From NCBI RefSeq assembly GCF_009914755.1, contig NC_060927.1: DNA of 64,000 nt; one strand, given 5' to 3'. This stretch comes from the human T2T-CHM13v2.0 reference genome, Homo sapiens. Below, one piece after another: positions 30,613 through 46,519 of the stretch. The first letter of the stretch is position 1; each line of letters begins with the position of its first letter. A model generated the notes under the pieces. It was not told the origin of the DNA. It saw nothing but the letters and a program-made list of their open reading frames with translations, and did not search any database. A program made the translations under genes and the position numbers.

Positions 30613-32439
30613 AGGTATTTTAGATTCCTAATTCAAGTTTTTGGGGATTTAGACCACATGTCTTATTATTCAGAACATTTGTTGATGGAGACTTAGATGT
30701 CACTAGGTTCCCTAGAAGTTCAATGCTTTGCTGAGCATACTGCTAAATACAAATATTAAGTTAATTAACCAAGTAGTCAATTCATGCATTATTCAGAGAA
30801 TCACTCTGCAAGCATGTCCTAAGCTCCTACAATGTGTCAGGCACTGCTTCCAGCCATGCAAACACGAAGCAAAAAGGCACTGACTCTGGGAATCCTTAGC
30901 CTCTAACCAGTGAACCTACTACATTATGAGACAGATCACAAGACTTTCTTGATATTTGTCAAAACACCAAAGCTTACTAATAATTTTCCTATTATATAAA
31001 GTGAAGTAAATTCAAGGTTTTTCTTTCAATAATGTAAGTTTTACTACCATGGTTTCTAATATAGTTTCCTGCATGTGGAAACAATTGAGTTATTGAGATA
31101 GGGTAAGAAATAGCTTATAACATTGAATATTACTGGGACTGTGTTGGGACTATGTTGTATAAGTGGACTTTGTGGATAAAACAGGAAAACTAAAACTAAA
31201 ATTGAAACCACTGGTTGTTGGAAAGAAACAGGTATATGGATGACAAGGCAACCATAAGCAATATGTCACACAAAAGTTCTGTGGAAGCACAGAGTAGACT
31301 GGGAAAGTTTCCTACAGAAGGTAGAGTTTAAAGTAGTCTACAAAAAACAAATCAGAATCATGAGCCCACCAGTGCAATAGTCTAGGGCAGGGAAATTGAT
31401 CGCTACTGTGAATATATGCAATGGTTTTGTCTTAATGGACCATAGTTTGTAGATAAAAACTGAAATGAGCTAAGTTGGGAAGGGTTTCTGAAGACATTTT
31501 AAAACCATGCTAAGGAAATTTTGGACTACACAGTGTAGTCATTGGCAAGCCCACATATCACCGTAAAAAAGGAGAAGACATCACCTTTTTCATATGGCTT
31601 CTTTTCAAGATGCAATTATAAACTAGTTCTTCTGGGTGAAGAAGCTTTTGGGTTTTTCCAGTCAGCTCTTACAGTATGAGTGAGTGGAGTCTCAGACTGT
31701 GAATTGCCCTCCTTCAAGAGATATTTGAGTCTCATCGACCACAAAATGTCTATCCCTCTGTCCATCATTCACTGCCCAAGGTATAAACTCCCAAGCATTT
31801 CATCCCCCACTGCACAATCAACTCAAACCACTCTAAATGTCCTGCCCCACCCAAAGCCATTAATGCTACCTCCAATTCTCAGATACTTTTCTATGCCCTT
31901 GAAGATTCTACCTTTTAACTAGAAAATTCTCATAGATACTTAACCCCTTCCCTTGAGAGTATATTGACTAAAACATGACTCTTACCTCGTACACTTTCTT
32001 TTGAAACCTCTGCAAGCTGCACACCTCACTCATCTCAGAGAAGCCTGAATATTTTGTAATGAATTAGGTTTCCAGATAGATACGGGAGGATTATGGATTT
32101 TCAGGCAGGTTACATTTAGCCCACATAGAAGATCAGGGAAACTAATGGGGACCAACCTGTTTAGGAAGTCTTATGCAGGCAGAGAGGGCCTAGCACTTAA
32201 GAAATCAGATATTCCATAAAAGCAATAATAACAAACAGACTTAAATCCTAACTGCGAGTCATTGATGCTCTTCTTTCCAGAATGCCAACACTTCTGTATA
32301 AAGACCAGATTTAATAAGGTTTGTAAAGCCCCTGGTTTGCTCCCAAACAGGTCCAGTTTAAACATTGAGCCTTCATGGAGTTGTGTGCTATATCCATAGT
32401 GAATTCCTTTTAATAACCCAATGTGACAAAATATGTGAT

Positions 32440-32780
32440 ATTCTTCCTGTTCTTCTGTCTGAAACATCCTTTCCCATCCAACACTTTTTTTACTCACCTG
32501 TCTAACTCCTACTCACTTTGCAAATGGAAGTTAAAAATGTTACTTGATGCTGACAGGCTGACCTGATTCCCCAGGTGAGGATTAGATGTCCCTGCTGTGA
32601 GATTTCATACAGTTTATACTTTCCCTCATTTAATTAGCTGACATGCTGCACCACCATTGTTAGTTTCATGCTCCTTGATTCCCAGCATTCAAAATAGTGT
32701 TTGGGACCATCAGTGCTCAGTACATCATTTTTCAACAATTAAATTAGTTGAACAAATATATAATTGAATAAATGAATGGC
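32440..32780 (+). mobile_element. L2 LINE 3' remnant
   Basis: tctgtctgaaacatcctttccc...tctaactcctactcac...gtgctcagtaca...gaataaatgaatg. Confidence 0.55.
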
Positions 32781-34239
32781 TAAATTAGTGAATTGATGGA
32801 TATGAAGATACTTGCTACTGGCTTCTGAGTGTAAGTTTTGCCACAGAGATAGTTATTATGTATGAAAATAAGGAAGTCAGCAGAACGATCTCAGATCAAA
32901 AGAAATATACTAACTTTATACTCCATTAATTCTTGCATTTATTCATTCATCCAATGTTTTTTGAATGCCTAGTTGTTATGGCAAAAGTCAGCTTTACATT
33001 TTTTATTTATTTAAATATTTATTGGATGCTTATTGTTATGTGACAAAGTATCTTTGCTCCTTTGTTCCAACAATTTATTTGTTGTTTTTTGTATATTCTA
33101 GGAGCCAATAATTAGCTAAATCCATAAAAAATCTGCCTGTTGTACATACAGCACAGATGCTTAAGAGCTTGTTAAAGATTTCTTTTCTCTTTCTTTTGAA
33201 GTAATTTAAAAGCAAGAGAAAAACTGTCAAATTAAGGCAGTGTGTACTTTTCAATGAAGAATTGACCTGCACATGCATATATAAAATAAGTGGTTACAAA
33301 TCAATAGGTACATTAGCTGCTCTTTTTTCTGTATGAAATGCTCATAGGTGGTGTGTTGATCAGCATTCAGATCAGCTTCAGGCCTGGGACTGAAGCAAAG
33401 CTCTGTTGATATATAGAATGTTATATAAGCTCCACCATACACAAGAGCTACTTCAAGAGTTGAAACATTTTGTTTAATATAGAGATTTTAAAAATTCAAG
33501 GAGAAGCTGGGCACGTGTAAATGACACTAGTTATTTTAAATTAGAGCTTCAAATTCCAGATATTTAGTCAAACAAATTAAATTGTCTTAAAGGTAGAGGG
33601 AAGTTTCTAGATAGAAGGAGGATTCCTGAAAATACTAGAGTCCATTTCTAATAAATCCCATGCCTTGTCGGTACCTGCAGCATCATTCTCCCTGAGCTTG
33701 GAGCTAGGTGATTACCTGTCTACGAATGACTTACTGACTTACCTTTGACATACATACCAAAGCATGGAAGAAGCAGATTTTGTCCAAAGAAACATATAAA
33801 TATCTTGGCGAATTTATATAGTGTCTTTATCAGCATAGCAGGCAAAAGATAGAGGAAGAAAAACATAGAAGAAGGTTGCATGTGAAATGATTAATACAAG
33901 TCTACAACCTGAGGTGGGTTTGGATTATAACTGCTTATACATTAGATGGGATTCTTCATTCCAACCAGAAGCAATTTTCAGCATTTTTCCAGGTATATAC
34001 CTAAGTAAGAGCCCTCCTTCTCTTGCTTAGACTGCAGATATTATACCTTTTCTTGTTTTTGACTTATGTCTTGAGAAATAATTATGGCGAATATTTCTAC
34101 CATGAACATTCATCCATAGTTTTTGTTGGAACAACTATTTTCAATTACTTTGGATATATATGTAGAAGTGAAGTTGCTGGGTCATAAAGTAATTGTATGT
34201 TTAACTTTAAGAGGAACCACAAAACTGTTTCACTGAATG

Positions 34240-34960
<721 letters not shown>

Positions 34961-34961
34961 G

Positions 34962-35457
34962 TATCAAACATCTATTACTATGTAACAAACCACAATACCA
35001 CTTAATGGCTTATTTGATCATGAATCTCTGTATCAGCAATTTGAGCTGAACTCAGCTAAGTAGCTCACCTGGCCTCACCTAGGGTCACTCACATGGGTGG
35101 AATAGACTGATGGATTAATTGGGGACTGGTTGACCTAGGAGACCCCTTATGGATTGACCACATCTCGTCTTCATGATTTTGCCCACTTACAAGATAGCCC
35201 AGGCTTTTTTCACATGGAAGTCTCAGAGCAGCAAGAGAGATAAAGAGTAGAAACTGCAAGGTCTTTTGAGCCTTTGGCTTACAACTCCCATAATGTCCCT
35301 TCCACTGCAAGCAACTGGTAAAATCAAGTCACAAAGAAGATTAATTCTCTTGGTGGGATCATCAAATAAATGCTGCATAGCAAAGGGGGATGCAAAAGCA
35401 GAAGGATTTAGTACCTTTTTTAACTTTTTTTTTTTTTTTTTTACAATCTACTACACC
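34962..35457 (-). mobile_element. MLT1 LTR remnant
   Basis: ctattactatgtaacaaaccaca...cttaatggctta...tttacaatctactaca. Confidence 0.65.
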
Positions 35458-36429
35458 ATCAAAGTGGAGATATTAGGAACATATTTAGTTACATACACCT
35501 GAAGTCGAGGAGAGAAGGCTGAGTCTTGATGTCCAAAATTTAAAAACCAATGGGATAACGAGGACATAAAAAAGTGCATTCGATAGATTATCAGTAAGGT
35601 AGGAGGAAACCGAGACAAGTATGTCCAAAAGTTAAATTTCATGTTGCAAATTGCACCAGAAATGACTGTGCATTTGTTGTTTATATAGTCTTTAATGGCT
35701 TTTCTGGCAGTTAAGTCTCTTTGAAGTTATCTGACCAGTTTATAATGGTAACTGTTTTCTCTTTGGCCTTAGGCTAAGAGAGGGGAAGTAGTTTATTTGA
35801 ATACCAAAATTCTTCCCTATTAAGCTCATTAAAAGAGATCTGAACTTCCATTAATATCCAGGGAAACTAGGCCAGAAATTCTCTGCAATGCTAATGGGAG
35901 CTGTGAATTTGAATTTTCATTGAAGTAATAAGGCCATGTGTTTTAAATACTGGTAAAACTTTGTGGTGAGGGCAACTGAAAGACATTCACTTTAAAAATA
36001 TGTTAAAATGTGTAATATTTATGAAGCATCTTTCTATACATAAGATCATTTTAGGTCTATACAATTATGCAAAATTGAATGAAGCATTTAATCTGTTTCA
36101 AACAAGTTGCCATTTAAATAAGACAACATAGGTAATAAAATATGCTAATGGAAGAGTGATCATGCTCACACACAGGCATATATATGCAAAGCATAGAAAG
36201 ATATACTCAGCAATAGAATACAGAAAAGAAGTCATAGAAAATAAAAGAGTATCAGGTAGTCAGAGCAAAGTTCCTAAAAGCTAGTAATGCCCATCAACAA
36301 AGGTCTTAGTCTAATAAAAGCCCAAGTTGTTATGGCTTTTATGTAATGAGCCAAGCACCATCATTCTAAATACATCCATATATTAATTTACTTAATCTTC
36401 ATGGCAACCAACATTTTTTGTGCCTGCAC

Positions 36430-36860
36430 CACATTGAATAGGTACATCTGTTTTCAGTGCATGTCACCAGCCCCTCCTGAGACAAACATGCTGTGGTATC
36501 TCTCTGTTTTCCTGCCTTTCAGACTGTCTCCGAAGCCTTGGAAAGTCACTCAGCCTGCGTACAGATGCAGATTGGGAGCAATTCTCAACCAATGGGAGAC
36601 AGGAATCCGTAGATAGATACTTCAGCTTTCCTTTCCTTAGAAGGATCATTTTAAGATGCATTCTATGTGGGTTCTTGGACAATCCTCAGAGGGATTAAGC
36701 TTCAGATGTCTACCACAGAAACTAGCTCAGGGATGCATCTTCTATTGCCTTTTCTCCCTGCACTGTTTCATTATATTCTTCTCTTTACTTGCTGTGATTA
36801 TCTCTTTCTTAAACTAACTGCATCCAAATTCATGTCCATTGCATCCACTGTTTTTGAAGA
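36430..36860 (+). mobile_element. LTR16-like (ERVL) solo LTR remnant
   Basis: gagcaattctcaaccaatgggagacagg...agatgcattctat...taaactaactgcatccaaat. Confidence 0.55.
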
Positions 36861-37148
36861 ATTCAAACTGAAACATGAACAAATCTTCCATACTTCAACA
36901 GATTAAAAAAATGAAGTTTAAACATTTAAGAGCTTGATCAAAATCACCTACAGAAATAATTGGAATCCAAATTGGCCTCTGATCTTCTAGCATTAAGTAA
37001 TACCAAATCTCTCAACCTCAGGATTTTTATTATTTAATTGTTATAGGCAATTAAATATGTATAGACTCAACCGTGAAATTCTATAGCTTATAATTTCTTG
37101 TGATTAAAAAAGGAGAAAAACATTTCTCTATAAGAATTTAACATCTAG

Positions 37149-39318
37149 ATTGAAGGAACACATCTCAAAATAATAAGAGCCATAAATGACAAACCCACAG
37201 TCAGAATCATACCCAGTGGGCAAAAGCTGGAAAGCATTCCCCTTGAAAACAAGCACAAGACAAGGATGGCCATTCTCACCACTCCTATTCAACAAAGTAT
37301 TGGAAGTTCTGGCCAGGGCAATCCGGCAAAAGAAATAAAGGGTAATCAAATAGGAAGAGAGGAAGTTAAATTACGTTTGTTTGCAGATGACATGATCCTG
37401 TTTCTAGAAAACCCCATCATCTCAAACTAAAAGCTTCTTAAGCTGATGAGCAACTCTAGCAAAGTCTCAGGATAAAGAATCAATGTGCAAAAATTGCTAG
37501 CATTCTTATACACCAACAACAGGCATGCAGAGAGCCAAATCATGAATGAACTCCCGTTCACAATTTCTACAAAGAAAATCAAATACCTAGGAATACAGCT
37601 AACAAGGGAAGCGAAGGATCCTTTAAATGAGAACTACAAATCACTGCTCAAGAAAATCGGAGAGGACACAGACAAATGGAAAAACATTCCATTCTCATGG
37701 ATAGGAAGAATGAATATCGTGAAAATGGCCATCCTGTCCAAGGTAATTTATAGATTCAATGCTATTCCCATTAAACTCTCATTGACATTCTTCACAGAAT
37801 TAGAAAAAAACTATTTTAAAATTCATTTGGAACCAAAAAAAGAGCCTGTATAGCCAAGACAATCCTAAGCAAAAAGAACAAAGCTGGAGGCATCATGTTC
37901 TCCAACTTCAAACTATACTACAGGGGTACAGTAACAAAAACAGCATGCTACTGGTACAAAAACAGAAACATGGACAAATGGAACAGAATAAAGAGCTCAG
38001 AAATAAGACCACACACTCAGAACCATCTGATCTTTGAAAAACGTGACTAAAACAAGCAATGAGGAAAAGATTCTATTTAATAAATGGTGCTTGGGGGAAC
38101 TGGCTAGCCCTAGGCAGAAAATTGAAACTGGACCACTTCCTTACACCTTACACAAAAATTAACTCAAGACGAATTAGAGACTTAAATGTAAAACCCCAGC
38201 TATAAAAACCCTAGAAGAAAATTTAAGCAATACCATTCAAGACATAGGCAGGGGAAAGATTTCACGATGAAAACACCAAGAGCAATTGCAACAAAAGCCA
38301 AAATTGACAAATGGGATCTAATTAAACTAAAAAGCTTCTGCACAGGAAAAGAAACTGCCATCAGAGTGAACGGACAACCTACAGAATGGGAGAAGATTTT
38401 TGCAATCTATCCATCTGACAAAGATCTAATACCCAGAGTCTATAAGGAACTTAACTAATGTACAAGAATTAAAAAGCAGGCAGAGGACATGAACTGGCAC
38501 TTCTCAAAAGAAGACATACATGCAACCAACAAGCATATGGAAAAAAGCTCAGCACCACTGATCATTAGAGAAATGAAAATCAAAACTACAATGAGATACC
38601 ATCTCACACCAGTCAGAATGGTTATTATTAAAAAGTCAAGAAACAAGAGGTACTGGTGAGGCTGCAGAAAAATAGAAACATTTTTACACTGTTGGTGGGA
38701 ATGTAAGTTAGTTCAACCACTGTGGTAGACAGTGTGGTGATTTCTCAAAAGTTTAGAAGTAGAAATACCATTTGACCTGGTAATTCCTTTACTATCTACC
38801 CAGAGGAATATAAACCATGCTATTATAAAGATACATGAATGCATATGTTCATTGCAGCACAATTCACAATAGCAAAGACATGGTATCAACCCAAATGTCC
38901 ATCAGTGATAGACTGGATAAAGAAAATGTGGTACATATTCACTATGGAATACTATGCAGCCATAAAAGGAACAAGATCATGTCCTTTGCAGAGACATGGA
39001 TGGAGCTGAAAGCTGTTATCCTCAGCAAACTAACACAGGAACAGAAAACCAAACACCGCATGTTCTCACTTGTAAGTGGAAGCTGAACAATGAGAACACA
39101 TGGACACATGTGGGGAGCAACACACACTGGGGCCTGTTGGAGGCGTAGTGAGAGGAAGAACATCAGGAAGAACAGCTAATGGACACTAGGCTTAACACCT
39201 AGGTAATGGGTTGAACTGTGCAGCAAACACTCAGGTACACGTTTACCTATTTAACAAACCTGCACATCCTGCACATGTACCCCAGAACTTAAAATAAAAG
39301 TTGATGAACAAAAAAAAA
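37149..39318 (+). mobile_element. 5'-truncated L1 (L1PA11-L1PA13-like) with TSD
   Basis: RT FADD region to 3'UTR. TSD aagaatttaacatctag (37132-37148) / aagaatttaacacccag (39317-39333). Confidence 0.93.
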
Positions 39319-39569
39319 GAATTTAACACCCAGGACACTGAATATTCTGGAGCAGAAGAGCTGTCACATTTCCTACTATTTGCTAAAGGAATATCTTCAT
39401 ATTTTAATATTGGAATGTTTTATTTCAAGAAATGCTGCATTGAAAAACTCTATTTTTAGGACTTTTAAACACAGTGTACTTTGAAATCCCTGACTCTTAG
39501 TTAAGATGCTTCCTCTCAGATTTACAGGAACCTAGTACAACAATTATAACCTACATTAGTCTAGTGTTT

Positions 39570-39780
39570 TACTGCTTGAGTGCAAGCACATATGTTACTT
39601 CATTTAAGTGTTGCAACAAGCTGAGAGGGTACATGGAGTCGTTTTACAGATGAGGAATCTCAATTGCAGTGACTGTGTCTTGTCCACGCTAATGTTCTTG
39701 GCAAGTGCCTAGCCAGGTAATGAATCTAGGTATTCTCGTAAATCCAGGGCAGCCCTCTGTCTGCTGCAGCACAGCCATTT
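39570..39780 (-). mobile_element. MIR SINE remnant
   Basis: ttttacagatgaggaatct core, tgaatctaggt. Confidence 0.65.
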
Positions 39781-40523
39781 ATGAAGTCTTTGATGATAGC
39801 AATGCCGAGGAAAGCAGTAAAGAATGAACTCTAAGTGGGCAGTTTAGAAAGGAGATGGTTTAACTGAGTTTATAGATAGCTGCTTCTCATGAATTGGCAT
39901 CTTTTATTCTCTGCATTTCCAGAGAATAAGTAGATGCATAGAGAAGATTGGTTCTAATGAAAGTTATAGAAAAAAATATGGTGCTGTCATATCAAGTACT
40001 CAAATTTTAGACCCTGACAGGAATAGACAATTACTTAATTCCTCCACTATTAATTCCTACCACTTATCTTTCTTCAATCTCTGGACCCTCAAGGCTTATC
40101 TTTCAAGTGGGACTGATAACACTGTATCAAACAACGTAAGTGAACTTGCTCATCTACCATAAAGCAGAGTCAAATCGTAAGTTGCTGTATTGTTACCTTT
40201 TGCTAATTTCAAGTTGCTATCTCTCAATAAAATTGAAAGGGGAAGAAAAGAATCTGTGTAAGAGTATTTAGCATTTGTCCTTTCTTAAAAGTCAGAGAAA
40301 ACATTTTTAAATTAGTCTTTCAATCCAACTAGTTGCAGAGGGCAAGATTTTCTATGTTCTTCATCTTTTCACCTCACCTGAGGAGCAAGAAATCCTTTAA
40401 ATCTGCACGACATTTTTATGAGGTCTTAACAAGTCAAAAATCCCTAGCTTTTCAATCTGATCTTCCATGTCATAGCCTCTGCTCTGTTCTGTTGACACTG
40501 TCTCCTTCCTCTCTACAAGTGCT

Positions 40524-41391
40524 TTATTTTTGATTGTGGAAAAATACATAACATAAAATTTACCATCTTAACCATTTATAAGTGTACAGTGTTCAGCAGT
40601 GTTGTTAAAAATATTCGCATTTATTGCAAAATGTTCCAATTTTTTCATGTTACAAAACTTAAGTTTTATACTCATTTAACAACAACTCGCCATTTTCCCC
40701 TCCTTCCAGCCCCTGGCAACCATCATTTCACTTTCTGTATCTATGAATTTGACTATTCCAGATACCTCATATAACTGGAATCCTACAGCATTTGCCTTTT
40801 TATGACTGGGCCATTTCACTTAGCATAATGTCCTCAAGGTTCATCCATATTGTAGCATGTGTCAAAATTTATTTCTTTTTTCCTTTTCCTGAATGATATT
40901 CCATTGCGCACATATGCCACATTTTATTTATTTATTTATCCATAACAAATGCTTGGTTTGCTTTCACTCCTTGGCTATTTTAGTGCTGCTATGAACATGG
41001 TATTCAGATACCTCTTTAAAATCCTGCTTTCAATGCTTTTGCCTATCCATCCAAAAGTAGAATTGCTGGATCTTATAATACCTATCATTAATTTTTGGAG
41101 TAACCTCCATACTGTTTTCCAGAATGGGTGCACCATTTTTTATTTCCACCAAAAGGGTATAAGTGTTACAATTTCTCCACAAGCTCACCAACAACTGTTA
41201 TTTTCTGTGTATTCTTTTTGTTTATGTTTTGTTTTTCTTGTAGCTATTCTAATGGGTGAGATGTTAGCCTCATTGTGGCTTTGATTTGCATTTTCATAAT
41301 GATTAGTAATGTTGAACATCTCTTCATATGCCTGTAGGCCATTTGTATTTCCTCTTTGGAGAAATGGCTATTCAACGTTTTTTTCTCATTT
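40524..41391 (-). mobile_element. L1MB (L1MB2-like) 3' end, 5'-truncated
   Basis: taacataaaatttaccatcttaaccattt...cagcccctggcaaccatcatt...ttggagaaatggctattcaa. Confidence 0.88.
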
Positions 41392-41499
41392 AAAAAATAT
41401 AGAATGCTTCATGAATTTGTGTGGCACCTTTGCACATGAACTGTGCTAATCTTCTCTCTGTGTATCCAATTTTAGTACATGTGCTATCAAAGTAAGCCC
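41392..41499 (-). pseudogene. RNU6: Full-length degenerate U6 snRNA retrocopy fused 5' of the L1MB fragment
   Basis: Reverse complement reads gggcttactttgatagcacatgtactaaaattggatacacagagagaagattagcacagttcatgtgcaaaggtgccacacaaattcatgaagcattctatatttttt, collinear with the 106-nt U6 (GCACATATACTAAAATTGGA, AGAGAAGATTAGCA, CAAATTCGTGAAGCGTTCCATATTTT). Heavy CpG decay. Confidence 0.93.
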
Positions 41500-42039
41500 C
41501 CAAGTTGTTGATTCTTAATGAGACTTTTCAGTGCTGAATCTTTCTCTTCTTAAGAACCCCCCACTATCCACCTACACTCAATAATTTTCCTTACTAAAAA
41601 TATAGAAGGAAATGTGTTTATATCATAAAATTTATTTTTGCCCATGTTCAATTTATCAGCCCTGTTCATTGCTTGATCATTTAGTCTTTGAGTTTTTGGT
41701 TTTGTTTTGCCTTATGCTTGTTCGTGTCACTAGGTTTAGGGGATTTTAAGATCTGGCTTAATTCTGCCACCTTAAATGGCTTGATACAGGTGAATATGAG
41801 TTAGGAGCAATATTTCAACCTGGTATTTAAATGATTCTTTTTTTTTTCATTTTAATCATAAGTTCTTAATTTTCTCAGCATTGATGTAAAAATCATTCAT
41901 GCTTGCACTGCAACCAACATAAATCATTAACACTCCAAAAAAATAGTAAGCAACATTGAATCATTATCATTTTCTTCTATGAGACACTGTGGAAATGAAA
42001 GAATACAGTTTATCATTGATCAGAAGTCTCACAAACATT

Positions 42040-42430
42040 TAGCCTGGGCCTCATCTCTTTACAGTACTTACTTTGCTCCAACCACACAAGTCTTCTTTAT
42101 GGTTTTAGGACAAGTCAAGGTCCTTTCTTCCTCCAAGAACTTCACACATCTTGTTCTTTTTCATCACTCAGGTCTCAGCTCAGTGCCATCACCTCAGAAA
42201 GGCTTTTCCTACACCTAACCCAAGGGTGTTGCTCCTCATGGTCACTTTGTATCACTTTATCTGCTCAGTATGAATCACTTTTTGAAATGATCTCATTATT
42301 TACTTGTATGCTTGTTTATTGTCAGCCACCCCCTGCCCTCATTCAAATGTATTCCCCATGACTGAAGAGGTTTGTTTCATTTGTTGACCTCTATATTCTC
42401 AGTGCATGAAACAGTGCCCTGGGCCACAGT
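42040..42430 (+). mobile_element. L2 LINE 3' remnant
   Basis: tcaggtctcagctcagtgccatcacctcagaaaggcttttcct...cttgtttattgtc. Confidence 0.65.
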
Positions 42431-42730
42431 TTTTACTGACTGCTAGTGTAGGTCATGTGTTCTCAACTTTGGTATCAAAGCACTCTTGGATGTTGATTCA
42501 GCTGCAAGTGTTTACCAAAATGTCTGCTAAAAATAATAAAGAACCAAAGATAAAGTTTAATTTACTTCTAAGATATAGAAACAAGATAAAAATTCAGAGC
42601 AAATGCCAGATTTTCTTTATAGTATTATGACTCTTATTCACTTTGAAGCTTCACTGAGGAGAGGAATATTAGCCTTAATGATAATGTGTATTGGAGGAAG
42701 GCCATGTTTGATATAATCTTTAATGTAGAG

Positions 42731-42870
42731 CAGTAGTTCCCACACTGTGCATCAGAATCACCAATGATTACTTGATTACACCCACAGAATACCGATCCAG
42801 TAAGTTTGTGATACACCTGAGGATCCAGTTCCAGATGATTCTAATTCTGGTGGGTAGAAGTTAAAAAGTA
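42731..42870. mobile_element. MER5-like hAT-Charlie remnant
   Basis: cagtagttcccacactgtgcatcagaatcacc...ccagatgattctaat. Confidence 0.55.
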
Positions 42871-44540
42871 AAGAGGAGACTCTACCAGCTGAGATGCATA
42901 TTAAGATGTAATTGAGGTGACATAGGTAAGAAATAAAGGCCTGCCTGTGGCATGGTTTGTGGAAATGGTAAGCAGTACATGAAGGAGAGGGAACTATCCA
43001 GAATTGTAGCATAAATAGTAATTAAATATCAATGGGGTATACAGATAAGGAAAAGTAGGAACCATATGATGTTATCTGATGAAACTAGGTGAATAATAAA
43101 TTCATTAATTGAAATAAGGTATTTGAGCAGCAGGTTCAAAGGAAAGATCATAAGATTTTATTTTAATATGCTGTGTTTGTGGTGCCTGTATCTATCCAGT
43201 GGGATTATCTAGAGGGCCTTTGAAAATGTGAATGAAGCTCAGGAGCAAAATTTGGGACCAAGATATATACGTTCAATAGCAATCAGCATATATGTGGTCA
43301 CTGAAATAATGAAAAAAAGATAATCCTTGGGGAATGTATAAAACAAAAGGAGAATAAATTCTCAGGAATTCTAAACTATGACAGCCTAAAAATTGAACTC
43401 TTAGAAAACTGAATTTTCTTAACTGAGGTACTAGACTGGACGATCAAGAAAATTTAGTAGTTTATATAACAGCACTTGATTAGGTGTGGAGTTTAACACT
43501 GTAGTTCCTGGTAGTATAGTGGATAAAATGAGCCACTCACTTTGACAGTGCACAGGGTTAATACAGGGTTTTGTGAATGTACAGGAGGATGCCTAATAGT
43601 GTACCTGTGGTCTCTTCCTTCAGATGCATCCCATCAACAAATATGCAGGATAAGTACATTAATGCTTTTCAGATAAAGCTGGATGAAATATGTTGGATGA
43701 GAAAATATCCTTAACAAAATTAAGTGTAAGGTTAAATCTTAAACCTTACCAGAATAATTTTTGAAAAACAGTTAAGTCGAGCACTTCCTTTGGAAAAGAA
43801 AAAAGAAAAAATAGGAAAGGAAAAAGAAACAAACAAATGAATGCATGGAGCTAACAGATATCAAACATCAAGATGGAAGACATAAAGTTAAAAGTTTCAG
43901 TAATTTAATCAAGTATAAATGGTCCAATCCTTACAACTGAAAGAGAGAGCTTCATAGTACATTAGAAAATAGAAATTGAGACTAAATTCTATACTGTCTA
44001 TATATAAGACGTAAAAAGGGATAGAAAAAGATATGACATGCACACTATAATACAAAAATGTTTTAGAAAAAGTAGAGTTTAGCACAAAAATTATCAAAAA
44101 TTAAGTGGGAATTATATAGTAATAAATATGGCAGTTTACTGGAAAAATGTAATAATCTTAAATGATTACATTATCTAAGAGAGCCTTAATAAAACTAAAA
44201 CTATCAGAATCAAAGGGAGAAATACAAAAATCCACAACTAAACTTATTAATTATTTTTGTTCAGTAATTAGTAGAATAGTTGGGCAAACAATTCAGCAAG
44301 TAGATAATGTACCTGAACAATACAGTTAACTTGAACTAATTGACATTGACATAAGTTCTTCCTTAAAAGCAAAAGCTGCATGCTTTCACATGAAAAGCAG
44401 CAAAGCTTCAAGAGGTTCTTCCACGTTTACTATTTTCCCAGATATATGAGAATTTGGCATTGGGGTGTGTGTCCTCTTTGGATCTATGTGCTTTTTGTAG
44501 CTCACTTCCTACTGAGGTCTATTTTAAGGCTTTCCAAAAA

Positions 44541-45420
<880 letters not shown>

Positions 45421-46519
45421 TGACAGAATTTTCAGATGAGGTTAGTGTTCTTTGGTGACTTATTCTCAAAACCTCATTAGGCTTCTCATTTATTTACTTC
45501 TAGTCAGTTTCATGTATGAGTAACAACACTAAAAGTTATTTTTGAAATAATTCTTAGTCTTTATTTCCTCTCTTCCTGGCTCCCTTAAGCTACCTTGAGG
45601 AGATGAGGCCTGAATAGGGTATGTTTCAAATCTAATCACTTTATTGAAATAAGTGATGGAAAAAAGTACAAACTACATTACATCTTGTCTTTGCCAATAA
45701 AACAATATTTAAAATGCTGTCTTCTGTTATTTAGGGTCTAGAAGCTGTCATTGTTTTTAAAATCCTGTAAGTCCCAAATATATGCTTTCCCTTTATCCTT
45801 GCATTTCTGCTTCTAAGCATTCTTGTTTCCTTCTCCTATATTGCCAAACAGATCCAGTGGCAACGAAGACATATGAAAGTGAACTTTTTCAACTTCCTTT
45901 CCCCGGCTCAGTAACCATTTGATTTGTCTTCCAAGTTATTGCAAGCAAAAGATGTATTATTATTTTGCATGCAAATGACAAAGATCAAGAGCTAGCTATC
46001 ACTTTATATGTGTTGCCTTCCTCCATTCAACCACTGGGCCAATGTTTCATATTTTTAAAAATGTTAGTGATGGCTCTCCAATTTTAGTATCAATTTATGT
46101 ATTAACACTAATTAATTAATATTTTCATAATTGATTGTAATATAGTTATAAAGAACATATAGTTAGAATCAATAAACATTAATTAATATATTAACATTAT
46201 TTATTAATTTAAGTATTAATAAGAATGAGCCATACTAGCTGCTAAAACAAACAATACAGAAGCTCAGTAGCTATAAACAATTAAGATTAGGGCGTGTGTG
46301 TGTGTGTTTTCACATACCAAGATTCAACATTGGGCAACAGAGGAAGGTGAGGAACTCTGCTCTACAGAGAAATTTTGGGAGCAGCCTCTTTTTCATGGTG
46401 TGGTTTTATTACATTCAAAATGTGACTTCAATAACTAATTTATCAGATAGGAGAAAAATAGGAAGAAGGTAAAGAAAATCTTAACTACACATTTCTGCTG
46501 TTATATTGGTAGGAACTAG

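Noticed and set aside
41392-41499. Functional U6 snRNA gene
   Set aside because: Many substitutions including the internal stem-loop region, fusion to L1, and no recognisable upstream PSE/TATA arrangement.
43600-43670. Plus-strand acceptor ctcttccttcag followed by ATG
   Set aside because: No convincing donor or coding homology downstream.
46080-46225. Extremely AT-rich quasi-palindromic tract
   Set aside because: Self-complementarity is expected from A/T-only composition and there is no long perfect stem.
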